Shown: piece after piece, positions 40,648 to 50,712 of the stretch
How positions within the stretch are numbered: position 1 is the stretch's first letter
Layout: the number at the start of each line of letters is the position of its first letter
From: Candidatus Krumholzibacteriota bacterium
GTDB taxonomy: Bacteria > Krumholzibacteriota > Krumholzibacteriia > JAJRXK01
Assembly: GCA_963806035.1 (NCBI GenBank)
Contig: CAWDWO010000038.1
Location: 1-64,000, forward strand
Reading direction: 5' to 3'
DNA length: 64,000 bases
Made by a program: the position numbers and the translations under genes
Notes under the pieces: generated by a model
The model's database searches: none
The model's input: only the letters and a program-made list of their open reading frames with translations
What the model was told of the DNA's origin: nothing

Positions 40648-41657
40648 GTTTGAACGAACAGAGCAAACGTGTCGCGGCCCGGAAGCGGGCGGCCGGGTTC
40701 TCCATTTTCCTCAGCGTGGTGCTCCTGGGGGCCAAGGTCTACGCGTGGCGTTTGACCGCCTCCACCGCGATTCTTTCAGACGCCATCGAGACGATCATCA
40801 ACGTGGTCGCGGCCTCGCTGGCCTTCTTCTCGATCGTGCAGAGTGCCAAGCCGCCGGACAGCGATCATCCCTACGGACACGGAAAGGCCGAGGATTTCTC
40901 CGCCGGGGTGGAAGGGACGCTCATCGTCATCGCGGCTCTGCTCATCGTGTGGCACGCGCTGCACCGGCTGGTCGAACCGCGCCCAATCGGACAACTCGAC
41001 CTGGGGCTTGTGATCATCTTGGCTACCAGCTTCGCGAACGGCGCGGCCGGAATGTACCTCATCCGGCAGGGGAAGAGTCACGCCAGCCAAGCCCTCATCG
41101 CCGACGGCTATCACCTTCTCACCGACACCGTCACCAGCGTCGGGGTCATCGTCGGGCTGATTCTGGTGCGCATCACCGGCTGGGAGCGGCTCGATCCTCT
41201 GGCGGCCATCGCAGTGGCGGCCCACATCCTCGTGGTGGGACTGCGTCTCATGCGTCAGTCCATCGGTCGGCTGATGGATGAAGCCGATGCCGAACTCCTC
41301 GAGGAGATCGCGCGGCGTCTGCAAGCCACGCGTCTACCCGAGTGGATCGATCTGCACGAACTCAGGGCATGGCGCAGCGGAGATCTCAGGCACATCGATC
41401 TCCACCTCACCCTGCCGCGGTATTGGCGCATCGATCAGGCCCACGACACGCAGGCGCACCTCAAGGACGTGCTCCTCGCGCCTTACGATGGGCGGGGAGA
41501 GTGCATCGTTCATCTGGATCCGTGTACACCGGAATGCTGCCGAATCTGCGCGGTCAGCAACTGTCCGGTGCGGGCGGAGCCCCTGCAGACCCGTCCGGAG
41601 TGGACGGGAGAGGTCCTGGTTCTGGGGCCCAAAGAAGCCAGGGCGATTCGCGACTAG
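40644..41657 (+). CDS. Cation diffusion facilitator transporter
   Basis: ILSDAIE, PPDSDHPYGHGKAE, DGYHLLTD, HIDLH, HLDP. Confidence 0.9.
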   Translation: MSLNEQSKRVAARKRAAGFSIFLSVVLLGAKVYAWRLTASTAILSDAIETIINVVAASLAFFSIVQSAKPPDSDHPYGHGKAEDFSAGVEGTLIVIAALLIVWHALHRLVEPRPIGQLDLGLVIILATSFANGAAGMYLIRQGKSHASQALIADGYHLLTDTVTSVGVIVGLILVRITGWERLDPLAAIAVAAHILVVGLRLMRQSIGRLMDEADAELLEEIARRLQATRLPEWIDLHELRAWRSGDLRHIDLHLTLPRYWRIDQAHDTQAHLKDVLLAPYDGRGECIVHLDPCTPECCRICAVSNCPVRAEPLQTRPEWTGEVLVLGPKEARAIRD

Positions 41658-43468
41658 AGGAAGTCTGCTCGGTGATCCTCGATCACGGCATCCTTGCGCA
41701 GCTTGGCCTGCCACGCGAGCAGAAGCTCCCGGCGTTTCGTGAAGAGCAGCGACTGGCAGATTGAATTTCGCTGTGCCTTGAACTGCGCCTCGTCGAAGGG
41801 CGTCTTGTAGATCAGCTTGATGATGTAGACGCCACGCTGCGTTCTCACGTCGGGCAGCATCTCGCCGGGTTTCATGCCGAGGGCCGCTCTGGCGAAGGAA
41901 GTGGCGAAGCCGATCCCGGGGATGTTTTCGCGCAGTGTGAAGGTGTCGGTCACCGCATGCTCCAGGCCGAGTTTCTTGGCCGCGGCGGCGAGAGTGGATC
42001 CGTCCTTGATCTCTTTCCAGGCATTCGAAATCTTCTCCGCCGCAGCGTCCGTGCGACGCTTGCGCTGGATTCGGCTCACGATGAGACTGCGAACGTCCTG
42101 CAGCGGCCGGTATCCCGCGGGGATTCTCTGAGCAACTTCGAACAGGTAGAAAGCATCCTGCGTCTCGAAGACGGGAGAGAGAGTGCCCGCATCGTGCTCG
42201 AAGGCAAAGTTGGTACCGCTGAGACTGTTGGGGACGTTGGGGATGTTCAGAGTGGCCTGGAACGGCTCCGTGGTCGTCACCTTCAGGTTCGCGCTGGCGG
42301 CCGCCTTTTCCAGCCCCACGTTCTGGGCGGAGTCGTGCAGGTTCTTCGCCTTGGTCCGCAGCTCCTCCGTGGTGGCTTGACTCGCCACGCGATGCAGGAG
42401 GATGTGGCGTACTTTGACTTCCGTCCTCTGACCCTTGGCGTCGGTCTTCTCATCCTCGACCATGATGAGCTCGAAGCCGGATTCGGTCTTGATGGGCTTT
42501 GAAATGTCGCCGACCGGCAGAGCGAAGGCGGCGTCGGTGAAGGCCTGCGACATCCGATTCCGGTCGATGAAACCGAGCTCTCCACCTTGGCTCGCGGTGC
42601 TGCTGTCCTCGCTGTAGGTCTGGGCCGCTTCCTCGAAGGTGGTCTTGCCGCTGAGAACGTCCTTGCGGACGTCCTCCAGGATCGAAATCAGCTCCTGCTC
42701 GTCCTGGGCGCTGGGCTCCTTGGGAAGGGTCACCAGGCGCACCGTGACCTGCTCGGGGAGCTTGTAGTCCTCCTTGAAATCATCGTAGAACTTCTGGATT
42801 TCCGCGTCCGTGACCTCCTCATCCTTCAGATCGACCGAGCTCAGCTCGGCGCCCACGTACTCGGCCACGGCGTGGGTATTCTGCTGGGAAAAGGCCTCGC
42901 GCAACTCGGCTTCGCTCACCAGCGCTTTCCCGCTGACGTAGTTCTCAAGCTTCTGCAGAGGGACGGTCGAGCGGATGTAGCTCTCGATTTGGTCCCAAGG
43001 CAGGTTGGGGTTGTTCAGAGCGCGCACGTAGGCTTCGGTGTCCACCTTGCCGTTTTCGTCCGTGAACTGTGAGAGCAGGAAGGGAGGGGGATTGTTGGAC
43101 AGGATGTCGACGATCTCATCGTCGCTCACCGTGAATCCCAGCTTGTTGGCCTGTTCCCTTTCGAGCGTTTCCAGGATGAGATCGTTGTAGGCCCGTTCCC
43201 GGGCGCGCATCATCTGATTTTCGCTCAGACTCTCACCCTCGGGGAGTTGTTTGCGCATTTGGTCGAGGATGCCGTTGACACGCTGGTTGTATTCGTCGTA
43301 GCTGATGTTGGTGCCGTTGACGGTGACGATCGCGTTGGTGGGCCGTTGCGACTGTCGATTCTTGCCGCCCTCGAGCCCGATTCCCCAGACGAGAAAGGTG
43401 AGACCCAAGAAAGTGACGATCACCACCAAGTAGATTATCTTTACCCGGTCTCGCATCGCTTGCATCAT
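41654..43468 (-). CDS. SurA/PpiD-type periplasmic peptidyl-prolyl isomerase
   Basis: N-terminal anchor, VNGTNIS SurA_N, FEEAAQTYSED..QGGELG parvulin, VRHIL. Confidence 0.88.
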   Translation of the reverse strand: MMQAMRDRVKIIYLVVIVTFLGLTFLVWGIGLEGGKNRQSQRPTNAIVTVNGTNISYDEYNQRVNGILDQMRKQLPEGESLSENQMMRARERAYNDLILETLEREQANKLGFTVSDDEIVDILSNNPPPFLLSQFTDENGKVDTEAYVRALNNPNLPWDQIESYIRSTVPLQKLENYVSGKALVSEAELREAFSQQNTHAVAEYVGAELSSVDLKDEEVTDAEIQKFYDDFKEDYKLPEQVTVRLVTLPKEPSAQDEQELISILEDVRKDVLSGKTTFEEAAQTYSEDSSTASQGGELGFIDRNRMSQAFTDAAFALPVGDISKPIKTESGFELIMVEDEKTDAKGQRTEVKVRHILLHRVASQATTEELRTKAKNLHDSAQNVGLEKAAASANLKVTTTEPFQATLNIPNVPNSLSGTNFAFEHDAGTLSPVFETQDAFYLFEVAQRIPAGYRPLQDVRSLIVSRIQRKRRTDAAAEKISNAWKEIKDGSTLAAAAKKLGLEHAVTDTFTLRENIPGIGFATSFARAALGMKPGEMLPDVRTQRGVYIIKLIYKTPFDEAQFKAQRNSICQSLLFTKRRELLLAWQAKLRKDAVIEDHRADFL

Positions 43469-43592
43469 GAGAAGACACTCTCCCGCCCAGGATTCTGCCA
43501 AGTGCTCCGGCTGCGCGAGGATGCGCCGCCGCGAGAGTTTCCCATGGGTCACACGAGACCGCCATCAGGAAACAAGACCAAAAAGATTATCA

Positions 43593-45458
43593 TTGGCCCC
43601 ACACGCTGGCAAGTTCGCTGCTCTTTCTGGTGCTTTTCGGTTTTGGACCGTCCTGGCCGGAATACTCTTGCTGGCGGGATCGAGCCGCGCTGGGGGGGCG
43701 GAGGAATTCCTCTGGCCCCTTCCGGACGCTCCGCGCCGCATGACGGGCACCTTCATGGAGTTCCGCGCCGGGCGCTATCACAGCGGCGTGGACCTGCGCA
43801 CCCAGGGCCGGGAGGGCCTGAAGGTGGTGGCCTGTGCCCCGGGCTCGGTGGTGCGGCTACGTACCAGCGCGACCGGCTATGGAATCGCGGTCTACCTGCG
43901 GCTGGAGGATGGGAGAGAGCTGGTCTTCGCTCACCTCTCGGCCCTGGCCGATCGTCTGCGAACGCCTCTTCTGGCGGCCTGGAGCGCCAGTGGACGCTAC
44001 GAGCAGGATCTTCAGCTCAGCAAGAACGCGATTGCGGTGCAAGGCGGCGAGCTTCTGGCCCTCAGCGGCTCCACCGGAGTGGGGGCGCCCCATCTGCATC
44101 TGGAGCTACGCGATGCCGCTCAGCGGCCTCTGAACCCGTTGACCCACGGCCTCTCTCTGCCGGACAGCGTGGCGCCACGCATCCTCGCGGCGCGATTGGT
44201 GCCGCTCTCACCCGGCGCCAGGGTGCAGGGGCAGCGCCGGGCCTACGTACTGGCTCCCGGGGAGTCGGTCGCGGCCGCGGGAAGCCTGGGGGTCATGGTG
44301 GCGCTGGACGACCGCAGCGGCTTTGCTCCCTTTCATCTCGGGCCGGCCGAAGTTCGCGTCAAGCTGAATGGACGCGAGATCTATCATCTGCGCAACGACT
44401 CCTTCGCTTTCTCGATGACGGCTCAAATGCGCTTGGAAAGGGCCAGAGATCCGCTCGATCCGCAGCGTACGTGGTTGCGGCTCTACCGCCGTCCCGGCAA
44501 TGAACTGCCGGGACGCAGCGCGCTGGGTCCTGAAGGGATGAGCTTCTCGATCGCCGCGCAGGAGGAGGCGACCCTCGAACTGAGCGCGCGCGACGCCGCG
44601 GGAAACGAGGGCAGCGCCGAATTCATGCTGCGCGGGGAGGCTTCGACACCGCTGGATTCGTCCGCCGCAGCGGCCTGGATCCCCTATGCCGCAGAGGGTG
44701 CGGACGCCCCTCCGCCCGGTCGCGGCATCGTGGGAGGTGCCGGCGGCGGCCAGACTCTGGCCTGCGCTCTGGACCACCAGGATTCGCTTTGGGTCGGCGA
44801 CCCCAGCGGGCGGGCCCTCTATCCCGGTGGGGTAGTCTGGCTCGAGCCACAGACAGAACGCTTGCCCAACCCTTCGGGCATGCGGATTTCCGGCCCCAGC
44901 TGCGCTTTGAAAGCAGCGGGTGCGGTGTTCCGCGAGGGGCTTCAAGTCCGGGTCAGAGCGAGCGGCGTTGCGCCGTCCGGGCAGTATGCTCTGTTTCGAC
45001 TGGGAGCGAACCGGCGCTGGAAGTTCGTGGCGGGACCCCTGGACTCGAGCGGCGTGGTGCTCGGCACGGTGAGTGGCCCGGGGATCCTGGCGCTGGGCCG
45101 GGATCGAAGCGCTCCACAGCTCGGGAGCTTCGTTGCCGGGACGAAGAACTTGCATTCCGGGTCGAAGCTGGCCGCATTGTCGGCCAGCGCGCGCCAGGCC
45201 GCGCCAGGCATGACTCTCCCCCGGTGGCCCGCGGTCGGCATTGCGGTGGTGGATGAGGGCGCAGGAATCAGCGACCCTGGTCCGTCGGCGCTGCTCGACG
45301 GGGTGCCCTATCCCGCGCGCTGGGATCCGGAAGGCCAACGCCTCGTGTTCGAATTCTGGCTCGACCCCGGTGCGGGGGAGCACCGCCTCACGGTGCGGGC
45401 CCAAGACCGCGTGGGCAATTCCTCGAGCCGCGAAATTCGCCTGCATTTCGGCTCTTGA
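43593..45458 (+). CDS. Secreted M23 family metallopeptidase
   Basis: GTFMEFR..YHSGVDLR, GYG, SGSTG..PHLHLELR; start codon uncertain. Confidence 0.8.
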   Translation: MAPHAGKFAALSGAFRFWTVLAGILLLAGSSRAGGAEEFLWPLPDAPRRMTGTFMEFRAGRYHSGVDLRTQGREGLKVVACAPGSVVRLRTSATGYGIAVYLRLEDGRELVFAHLSALADRLRTPLLAAWSASGRYEQDLQLSKNAIAVQGGELLALSGSTGVGAPHLHLELRDAAQRPLNPLTHGLSLPDSVAPRILAARLVPLSPGARVQGQRRAYVLAPGESVAAAGSLGVMVALDDRSGFAPFHLGPAEVRVKLNGREIYHLRNDSFAFSMTAQMRLERARDPLDPQRTWLRLYRRPGNELPGRSALGPEGMSFSIAAQEEATLELSARDAAGNEGSAEFMLRGEASTPLDSSAAAAWIPYAAEGADAPPPGRGIVGGAGGGQTLACALDHQDSLWVGDPSGRALYPGGVVWLEPQTERLPNPSGMRISGPSCALKAAGAVFREGLQVRVRASGVAPSGQYALFRLGANRRWKFVAGPLDSSGVVLGTVSGPGILALGRDRSAPQLGSFVAGTKNLHSGSKLAALSASARQAAPGMTLPRWPAVGIAVVDEGAGISDPGPSALLDGVPYPARWDPEGQRLVFEFWLDPGAGEHRLTVRAQDRVGNSSSREIRLHFGS

Positions 45459-45580
45459 GAGGTCTTTCCGTGCCCCGCTTGCCCCGGAGGGCGGCATTCG
45501 CTAGGGTGGCGGCGGTTGGCCGCGCGTGCCCCAGGCGCGAGCCCGTGAACACCAAGAAGACATGAGCAACCCCGAGGGCC

Positions 45581-48500
45581 ATGAACGGCGAAACCGGTTT
45601 CGTCCATCTCCACGTGCACAGCGACTACAGCCTGCTGGACGGTGCGGTGAAAGTGAAGGCGCTCGCCCATCAGGCGGCCGCTCTGGGGATGGGCGCGCTC
45701 GCGCTCACAGACCACGGGAATCTCTTCGGAGCCATCGATTTCTATCAGGCCTGTCAGAAGGAGAAGATCAAACCCATTCTGGGGATGGAGGCTTACCTCG
45801 CGCGTGATCGGGGCGAGACGCAAGGTGAACGCCCTGCGGCGCTGTATCACCTCGTTCTCCTGGCCGAGAACATCACGGGCTGGCGCAACCTCATCAAGCT
45901 GGCCTCTCTGGGTTATCTGGAAGGCCTGCACGAAAAGCCCCGCCTGGACAAGGAGCTGCTGGCTCGTTACCACGAGGGCATCATCGCCACCGGCTCGTGC
46001 CTCAGGGGCGAGGTCAACGCGGCTCTCATGGAGCAGGATCTCCCGCGCGCGAAGCAGATCCTCTGCGAATACCAGCAAATTTTCGGGCGGGACTCCTTCT
46101 TCGTCGAAATCCAGAATCACGGACTGGAAGAGGAGGCGCGGCATCGCGAGCTGGCCGCAAAGCTGTGCGCGGAGACCGGAGCGCGCATGGTTGCCACCAA
46201 CGACGTGCACTATCTGAAAGCCCGCGACGCGGCGGCGCACGACGTCCTCATGGCGATCCAGAGCTCGCGCACGATCGACGATCCCTCGCGTCCGCGCTAC
46301 GAGGGCAACCAGCACTATCTCAAATCGGCGCAGGAAATGGCGGAGGCCTTCCCCGACTTCCCCGATGCGCTGGCAAATACGGTCGAGATCGCGCAGCGCT
46401 GTCAGCTCGAACTGGAAATGGGGAAGCACCTTCTGCCGGTGTTCCCTCTGCCTTCGCGTTTTTCCGAGCCGGACGATTATTTGCGCGAGCTCGCGCAGGA
46501 AGGTGCGCGCGAGCGCTATGGCGCCATCGACGACGCCATCGCGCGCCGTCTGGACTATGAACTGGATGTCATTCGCACCACCGGTTTCGCCGGGTACTTT
46601 CTCATCGTCAGCGATTTCGTTCGCAACGCGAGAGAGATGGGAATCCCGGTGGGCCCCGGCCGCGGGAGCGCGGCGGGGAGCCTGGTGTGCTACTGCATCC
46701 GCATCACCGACGTGGATCCCCTGGCCCACGGGCTCCTCTTCGAACGCTTCTTGAACCCCGAACGTGTATCGATGCCCGACATCGACATCGACTTTTGCTT
46801 CGAACGCCGCGGGGAGATCATCGACTTCGTGAACCGGAAGTACGGCTCGGAGAGCGTGTGCCAGATCATCACCTACGGGGCAATGCTCGCGCGCGGGGTT
46901 CTGCGGGATGTGGGTCGGGCCATGGGGATGAACTACGGCGAGGTGGATCGCATCGCGAAAATGGTGCCCGAGCAGCTGGGCATCACCTTGAAGAAGGCGC
47001 TGGAGGAAACGCCGGAGTTGCGCGAGGTCCGCGACGAGGATCCTCGCTACGACCGCCTCCTCGATACTTCGCTCTCGCTCGAGGGTCTGTACCGGCACAC
47101 TTCGATCCACGCGGCCGGGGTTCTCATCGCGCCGGGAGATCTCACCGACAACGTCCCTCTTTACAAGACGAGCAAGAACGAAATCACCACGCAGTGGGAC
47201 ATGAAGACGGTGGAGACCATGGGTCTCTTGAAGATGGACTTCCTGGGGCTGAGAACCCTCACCGTCATCGAGAAGGCGCTGGAGTTCGTACGCGCGGAAC
47301 ATCCCGAGCTGAAGGACCTGGACGCCTCTCAAATTCCGCTTGCCGATCCCGCGGTCTACCAAATGCTCTCGCGCGGCGAAACCGTGGGCGTGTTCCAGTT
47401 GGAATCCAGCGGGATGCGCGAAGTACTGAGGAAGCTGATTCCCACCGGCTTCGAGGACATCACCGCGGTGAACGCCCTGTACCGTCCCGGTCCTTTGGGG
47501 AGCGGCATGGTGGAGGACTTCATCGAGCGCAAGCACGGCCGCAAGCGCATCGAATACCTGCATCCCCAGCTCGAGCCCATTCTCAAGGAGACCTACGGAG
47601 TCATCCTCTATCAGGAACAGGTCATGCGCATCGCGGGTGACATGGCCGGCTTCAGCATGGGCCAAGCCGACACTCTGCGCAAAGCCATGGGCAAGAAGAA
47701 CAAGGTCGTGATGGCGCAGATGGAGAAGGCCTTCGTGGAGGGCGCGGTGGAGCGCGGGGTGAAGCGCGATATCGCGCAGAAGATCTTCGACCTGATGGCC
47801 TACTTCGCGGGCTACGGATTCAACAAGAGCCACAGCGCCAGCTACGCGGTGCTCTCGGTGCGCACGGCTTGGCTGAAGACGCACCATCCCGCCGCTTTCT
47901 TGGCGGCGACTTTGACCAGCGAAATGAACAACACGGACCGGGTGGTGGCGCTGATCGACGAGGCGCGCCATCTCTCGCTCGAAGTCCTCCCGCCGGACGT
48001 GAACACCTGCACCACCGATTTCAAGGCCAAGGGGCGCACCATTCGCTTTGGTCTGGGCGCGGTCAAGAACGTGGGCCGGGGCGCCATCGAGGCCATCGTT
48101 CAGGCGCGCGAGGAACTGGGGGGGAGCTTCGGCGGGTTCTACGAGTTCTGCGAGAAGATCGACGGCTCGCGGGTGAATCGCAGAGTCATCGAGAGCCTGA
48201 TCCATGCCGGCGCGCTGGACTCTCTGCCCGGCAGACGGGAGCAGAAGCTGAAGGTACTGGATCAGGCGCTGCGCAGGGCGGCCCGGCGCCAGAGAGATCG
48301 CCTGCGCGGACAGGCCGGGCTCTTCGAGAGCGGAGACGAGAAGCGTCCCAGCGAAAGCCCCCTTCCCGAGGTCCCCCCATGGGACGAGGGGGAGCGGCTG
48401 GAAAAGGAAAAGGAAGTTCTGGGGCTGTACCTGACCGGCCACCCGCTGAACCAGTACCGCCAGATTCTGAGCTGGCTTTTGCCCGAGAGCATCGCGCAGC

Positions 48501-49105
48501 TCGAACAGCGCGGTGATGATCAGGCGCTCAGCGTCTGTGGGGTGATCCACGGCCTCAAAACGGTGGTGACGCGCTCCAGTGGTCGAGTCATGGCCTTTCT
48601 CACCCTGGAGGATTTCTCGGGGCAGTGCGAGGTGATTTGCTTTCCCGACGCTTACGAGGAGCACCGCGCCCTCCTCACCGGCGGCGAGGAGATCCTCTTC
48701 GTGATGGGCCGAAGTAGCTCGCGTTCGGGAGAGGAGAGCAAGCTGGTGCTGGAGAAGGCCTACGGCCTGGACGGAGCCTGCGCCTTTCTCATCCGTTCCC
48801 TCAAGGTCAGCGTGCCCGCCGACCTGCCCGCCGACCGAGCCGAGCAGCTGCTCGCCCTGATCCAGGCGCATCCTGGTCGCACCCCTCTGAATCTGCGAAT
48901 CCTCGAGGGGGATTTCGAGGCAGAAGTGACCGCGACCAAAGCCTCCGTGGAACCGGTACCGGCCTTGCTGCTGGGCCTTGCCGGCCTTTTGGGGCCCGAA
49001 GCGGTCGAACCTGTCTGTCTGAACCCGAACGGCCTCTTGGAGTCTAGCCGGGGCAACGGGCGCAGACGGCGCGGGATGGCGGCCAACGGCCAGTCCAAGC
49101 ATTGA
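45581..49105 (+). CDS. dnaE: DNA polymerase III alpha subunit
   Basis: PHP HLHVHSDYSLLDG, GRGSAAGS, PDIDIDF, KMDFLGL, YGFNKSH, C-terminal OB fold. Confidence 0.97.
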   Translation: MNGETGFVHLHVHSDYSLLDGAVKVKALAHQAAALGMGALALTDHGNLFGAIDFYQACQKEKIKPILGMEAYLARDRGETQGERPAALYHLVLLAENITGWRNLIKLASLGYLEGLHEKPRLDKELLARYHEGIIATGSCLRGEVNAALMEQDLPRAKQILCEYQQIFGRDSFFVEIQNHGLEEEARHRELAAKLCAETGARMVATNDVHYLKARDAAAHDVLMAIQSSRTIDDPSRPRYEGNQHYLKSAQEMAEAFPDFPDALANTVEIAQRCQLELEMGKHLLPVFPLPSRFSEPDDYLRELAQEGARERYGAIDDAIARRLDYELDVIRTTGFAGYFLIVSDFVRNAREMGIPVGPGRGSAAGSLVCYCIRITDVDPLAHGLLFERFLNPERVSMPDIDIDFCFERRGEIIDFVNRKYGSESVCQIITYGAMLARGVLRDVGRAMGMNYGEVDRIAKMVPEQLGITLKKALEETPELREVRDEDPRYDRLLDTSLSLEGLYRHTSIHAAGVLIAPGDLTDNVPLYKTSKNEITTQWDMKTVETMGLLKMDFLGLRTLTVIEKALEFVRAEHPELKDLDASQIPLADPAVYQMLSRGETVGVFQLESSGMREVLRKLIPTGFEDITAVNALYRPGPLGSGMVEDFIERKHGRKRIEYLHPQLEPILKETYGVILYQEQVMRIAGDMAGFSMGQADTLRKAMGKKNKVVMAQMEKAFVEGAVERGVKRDIAQKIFDLMAYFAGYGFNKSHSASYAVLSVRTAWLKTHHPAAFLAATLTSEMNNTDRVVALIDEARHLSLEVLPPDVNTCTTDFKAKGRTIRFGLGAVKNVGRGAIEAIVQAREELGGSFGGFYEFCEKIDGSRVNRRVIESLIHAGALDSLPGRREQKLKVLDQALRRAARRQRDRLRGQAGLFESGDEKRPSESPLPEVPPWDEGERLEKEKEVLGLYLTGHPLNQYRQILSWLLPESIAQLEQRGDDQALSVCGVIHGLKTVVTRSSGRVMAFLTLEDFSGQCEVICFPDAYEEHRALLTGGEEILFVMGRSSSRSGEESKLVLEKAYGLDGACAFLIRSLKVSVPADLPADRAEQLLALIQAHPGRTPLNLRILEGDFEAEVTATKASVEPVPALLLGLAGLLGPEAVEPVCLNPNGLLESSRGNGRRRRGMAANGQSKH

Positions 49106-49197
49106 CAAGCTCCGGCGGAGGTTTTTAGCTATGATTCCAGCCGCGGAAAATGGAGCGGGAAGTGATTCCGCGCGCCACTGGTCCCGAGGAGGGCGCG

Positions 49198-50178
49198 ATG
49201 GCTGATCCGAAGAAAGCAGGAATCCACCTCGAGTTCGAGCGGCCGATCGTGGAACTGGAGGAGCGCATCCAGGCGCTGCAGGAGTCGGCCCGGGGTACCG
49301 AGCTGGACGTGAGCTCCGAAGTGGAGCAGCTCCGCCAACGGGTCAACAAGCTCGGGGTGCAGATCTTCTCCAAGCTCGAGCCCTGGCAAAGGGTCCAGCT
49401 CGCCCGTCATCCGCGCCGGCCCTACACTCTCGACTACATCGATCTCATTTTCGAGGACTTCCACGAGCTCCACGGGGATCGTTCCTTTCGCGACGATGCG
49501 AGCATCGTCGGAGGCTTCGCCTATCTGGACGAGCGTCCAGTCATGGTGATCGGCCATCAGAAGGGACGCGACACCAAGAGCAACATTTACCGCAATTTCG
49601 GGATGCCCCATCCCGAGGGTTACCGCAAGGCCCTGCGGCTGATGGAGCTCGCGGCGAAGTTTCGCCGGCCCATCGTCACCTTCGTCGATACTCCGGGCGC
49701 CTTCCCCGGCCTCGGCGCCGAGGAGCGGGGGCAAGCCGAGGCCATCGCACGCAACCTGAAGGTCATGTCCCGCTTGAGCGTGCCCATCGTGGTGTTCATC
49801 ACCGGGGAGGGGGGCAGTGGCGGCGCCCTGGCCCTGGCCGTGGGCGACCGGGTCTTCATGCTGGAGAATTCCATCTACTCGGTGATCAGTCCCGAGGGCT
49901 GCGCCGCGATCCTGTGGAAGGATCGCGCCAAAGCGTCTCAGGCGGCGGGCGCCATGCGGATCACCGCGCCCCAGGTCCATGCGCTGGGGGTGGTCGATGG
50001 CGTGCTGCGCGAGCCCCTGGGGGGGGCCCATCGCGATTCGGAAGCCATGGCCGCCACCATCCGCGAAACCCTGGTCAAGTCTCTCCAGGAACTCTCGGCT
50101 CTCTCGGTGCAGGCCTTACTGGACAATCGCCTCTCGAAATATTTGAACATGGGGGTCTGGCAGCAGGAGCCAATCTGA
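49198..50178 (+). CDS. accA: Acetyl-CoA carboxylase carboxyltransferase alpha
   Basis: [53 protein letters not shown]. Confidence 0.95.
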   Translation: MADPKKAGIHLEFERPIVELEERIQALQESARGTELDVSSEVEQLRQRVNKLGVQIFSKLEPWQRVQLARHPRRPYTLDYIDLIFEDFHELHGDRSFRDDASIVGGFAYLDERPVMVIGHQKGRDTKSNIYRNFGMPHPEGYRKALRLMELAAKFRRPIVTFVDTPGAFPGLGAEERGQAEAIARNLKVMSRLSVPIVVFITGEGGSGGALALAVGDRVFMLENSIYSVISPEGCAAILWKDRAKASQAAGAMRITAPQVHALGVVDGVLREPLGGAHRDSEAMAATIRETLVKSLQELSALSVQALLDNRLSKYLNMGVWQQEPI

Positions 50179-50186
50179 GCCCCATC

Positions 50187-50216
50187 TTGACGAAAACCGC
50201 GTGTTTCCGCTATTCT
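50187..50216 (+). promoter_or_regulatory. Putative sigma70 promoter for the Trm112/porU-like operon
   Basis: TTGACG-N18-TATTCT just after the accA stop. Confidence 0.55.
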
Positions 50217-50369
50217 TAACGAGCCAACCATCCAAGAATTGGGAAGGAGAGGCCCCCTTGCCCCTGGCTTCTTTTTCCCGCCTCCCGCACGCGCCGACGA
50301 AGGTTTCGTCAGCGTTGTTCTGTGTCTCGCCCAGAGGTTCCGTCGGGGACCCATCGAAAGAGGAGCATT

Positions 50370-50633
50370 TTGGTCGCGGACGAACTCTTGAAGCTCTTGG
50401 TGTGCCCGCAGACGCGGACACCAGTCCAGCTCGCGGATTCCGAGCTGCTCGCGCGGGTCAACGATCGTATCGCCCGCAATGAGCTGCGAACCCACGACGG
50501 ACGGACGCTGACCGAGCCTCTGCAAGAGGCTTTGGTTCGAGAAGACGGTGCGGTACTCTATCCCGTTCGCGACGGGATTCCGGTCATGCTCATCGGCGAG
50601 TCCATTCTTTTGGAGGAAACCCACGAGACTTGA
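50370..50633 (+). CDS. Trm112-like protein
   Basis: LLKLLVCP...YPVRDGIPVML; TTG start with GAGGAG. Confidence 0.8.
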   Translation: MVADELLKLLVCPQTRTPVQLADSELLARVNDRIARNELRTHDGRTLTEPLQEALVREDGAVLYPVRDGIPVMLIGESILLEETHET

Positions 50634-50712
50634 TCTCGACCTTCGGAGGTGGGTTGGTGCTTGCGGCTTGATTCTCACGCCGAGGCGGGCCCTCCGGAAC
50701 AAGCAGACAAGA

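Noticed and set aside
45581..49105. Possible intein in dnaE
   Set aside because: Normal length, and the YGFNKSH region is uninterrupted
45308..49108. 1266-aa antisense ORF, and similar ones such as 548-1708, 10512-11945, 22845-24575 and 62305-63828
   Set aside because: Shadow ORFs opposite clear genes; expected from high-GC codon bias; no motifs
49102..49135. TTGACA...TATGAT promoter upstream of accA
   Set aside because: Spacer is 22 nt, too long for a canonical sigma70 promoter
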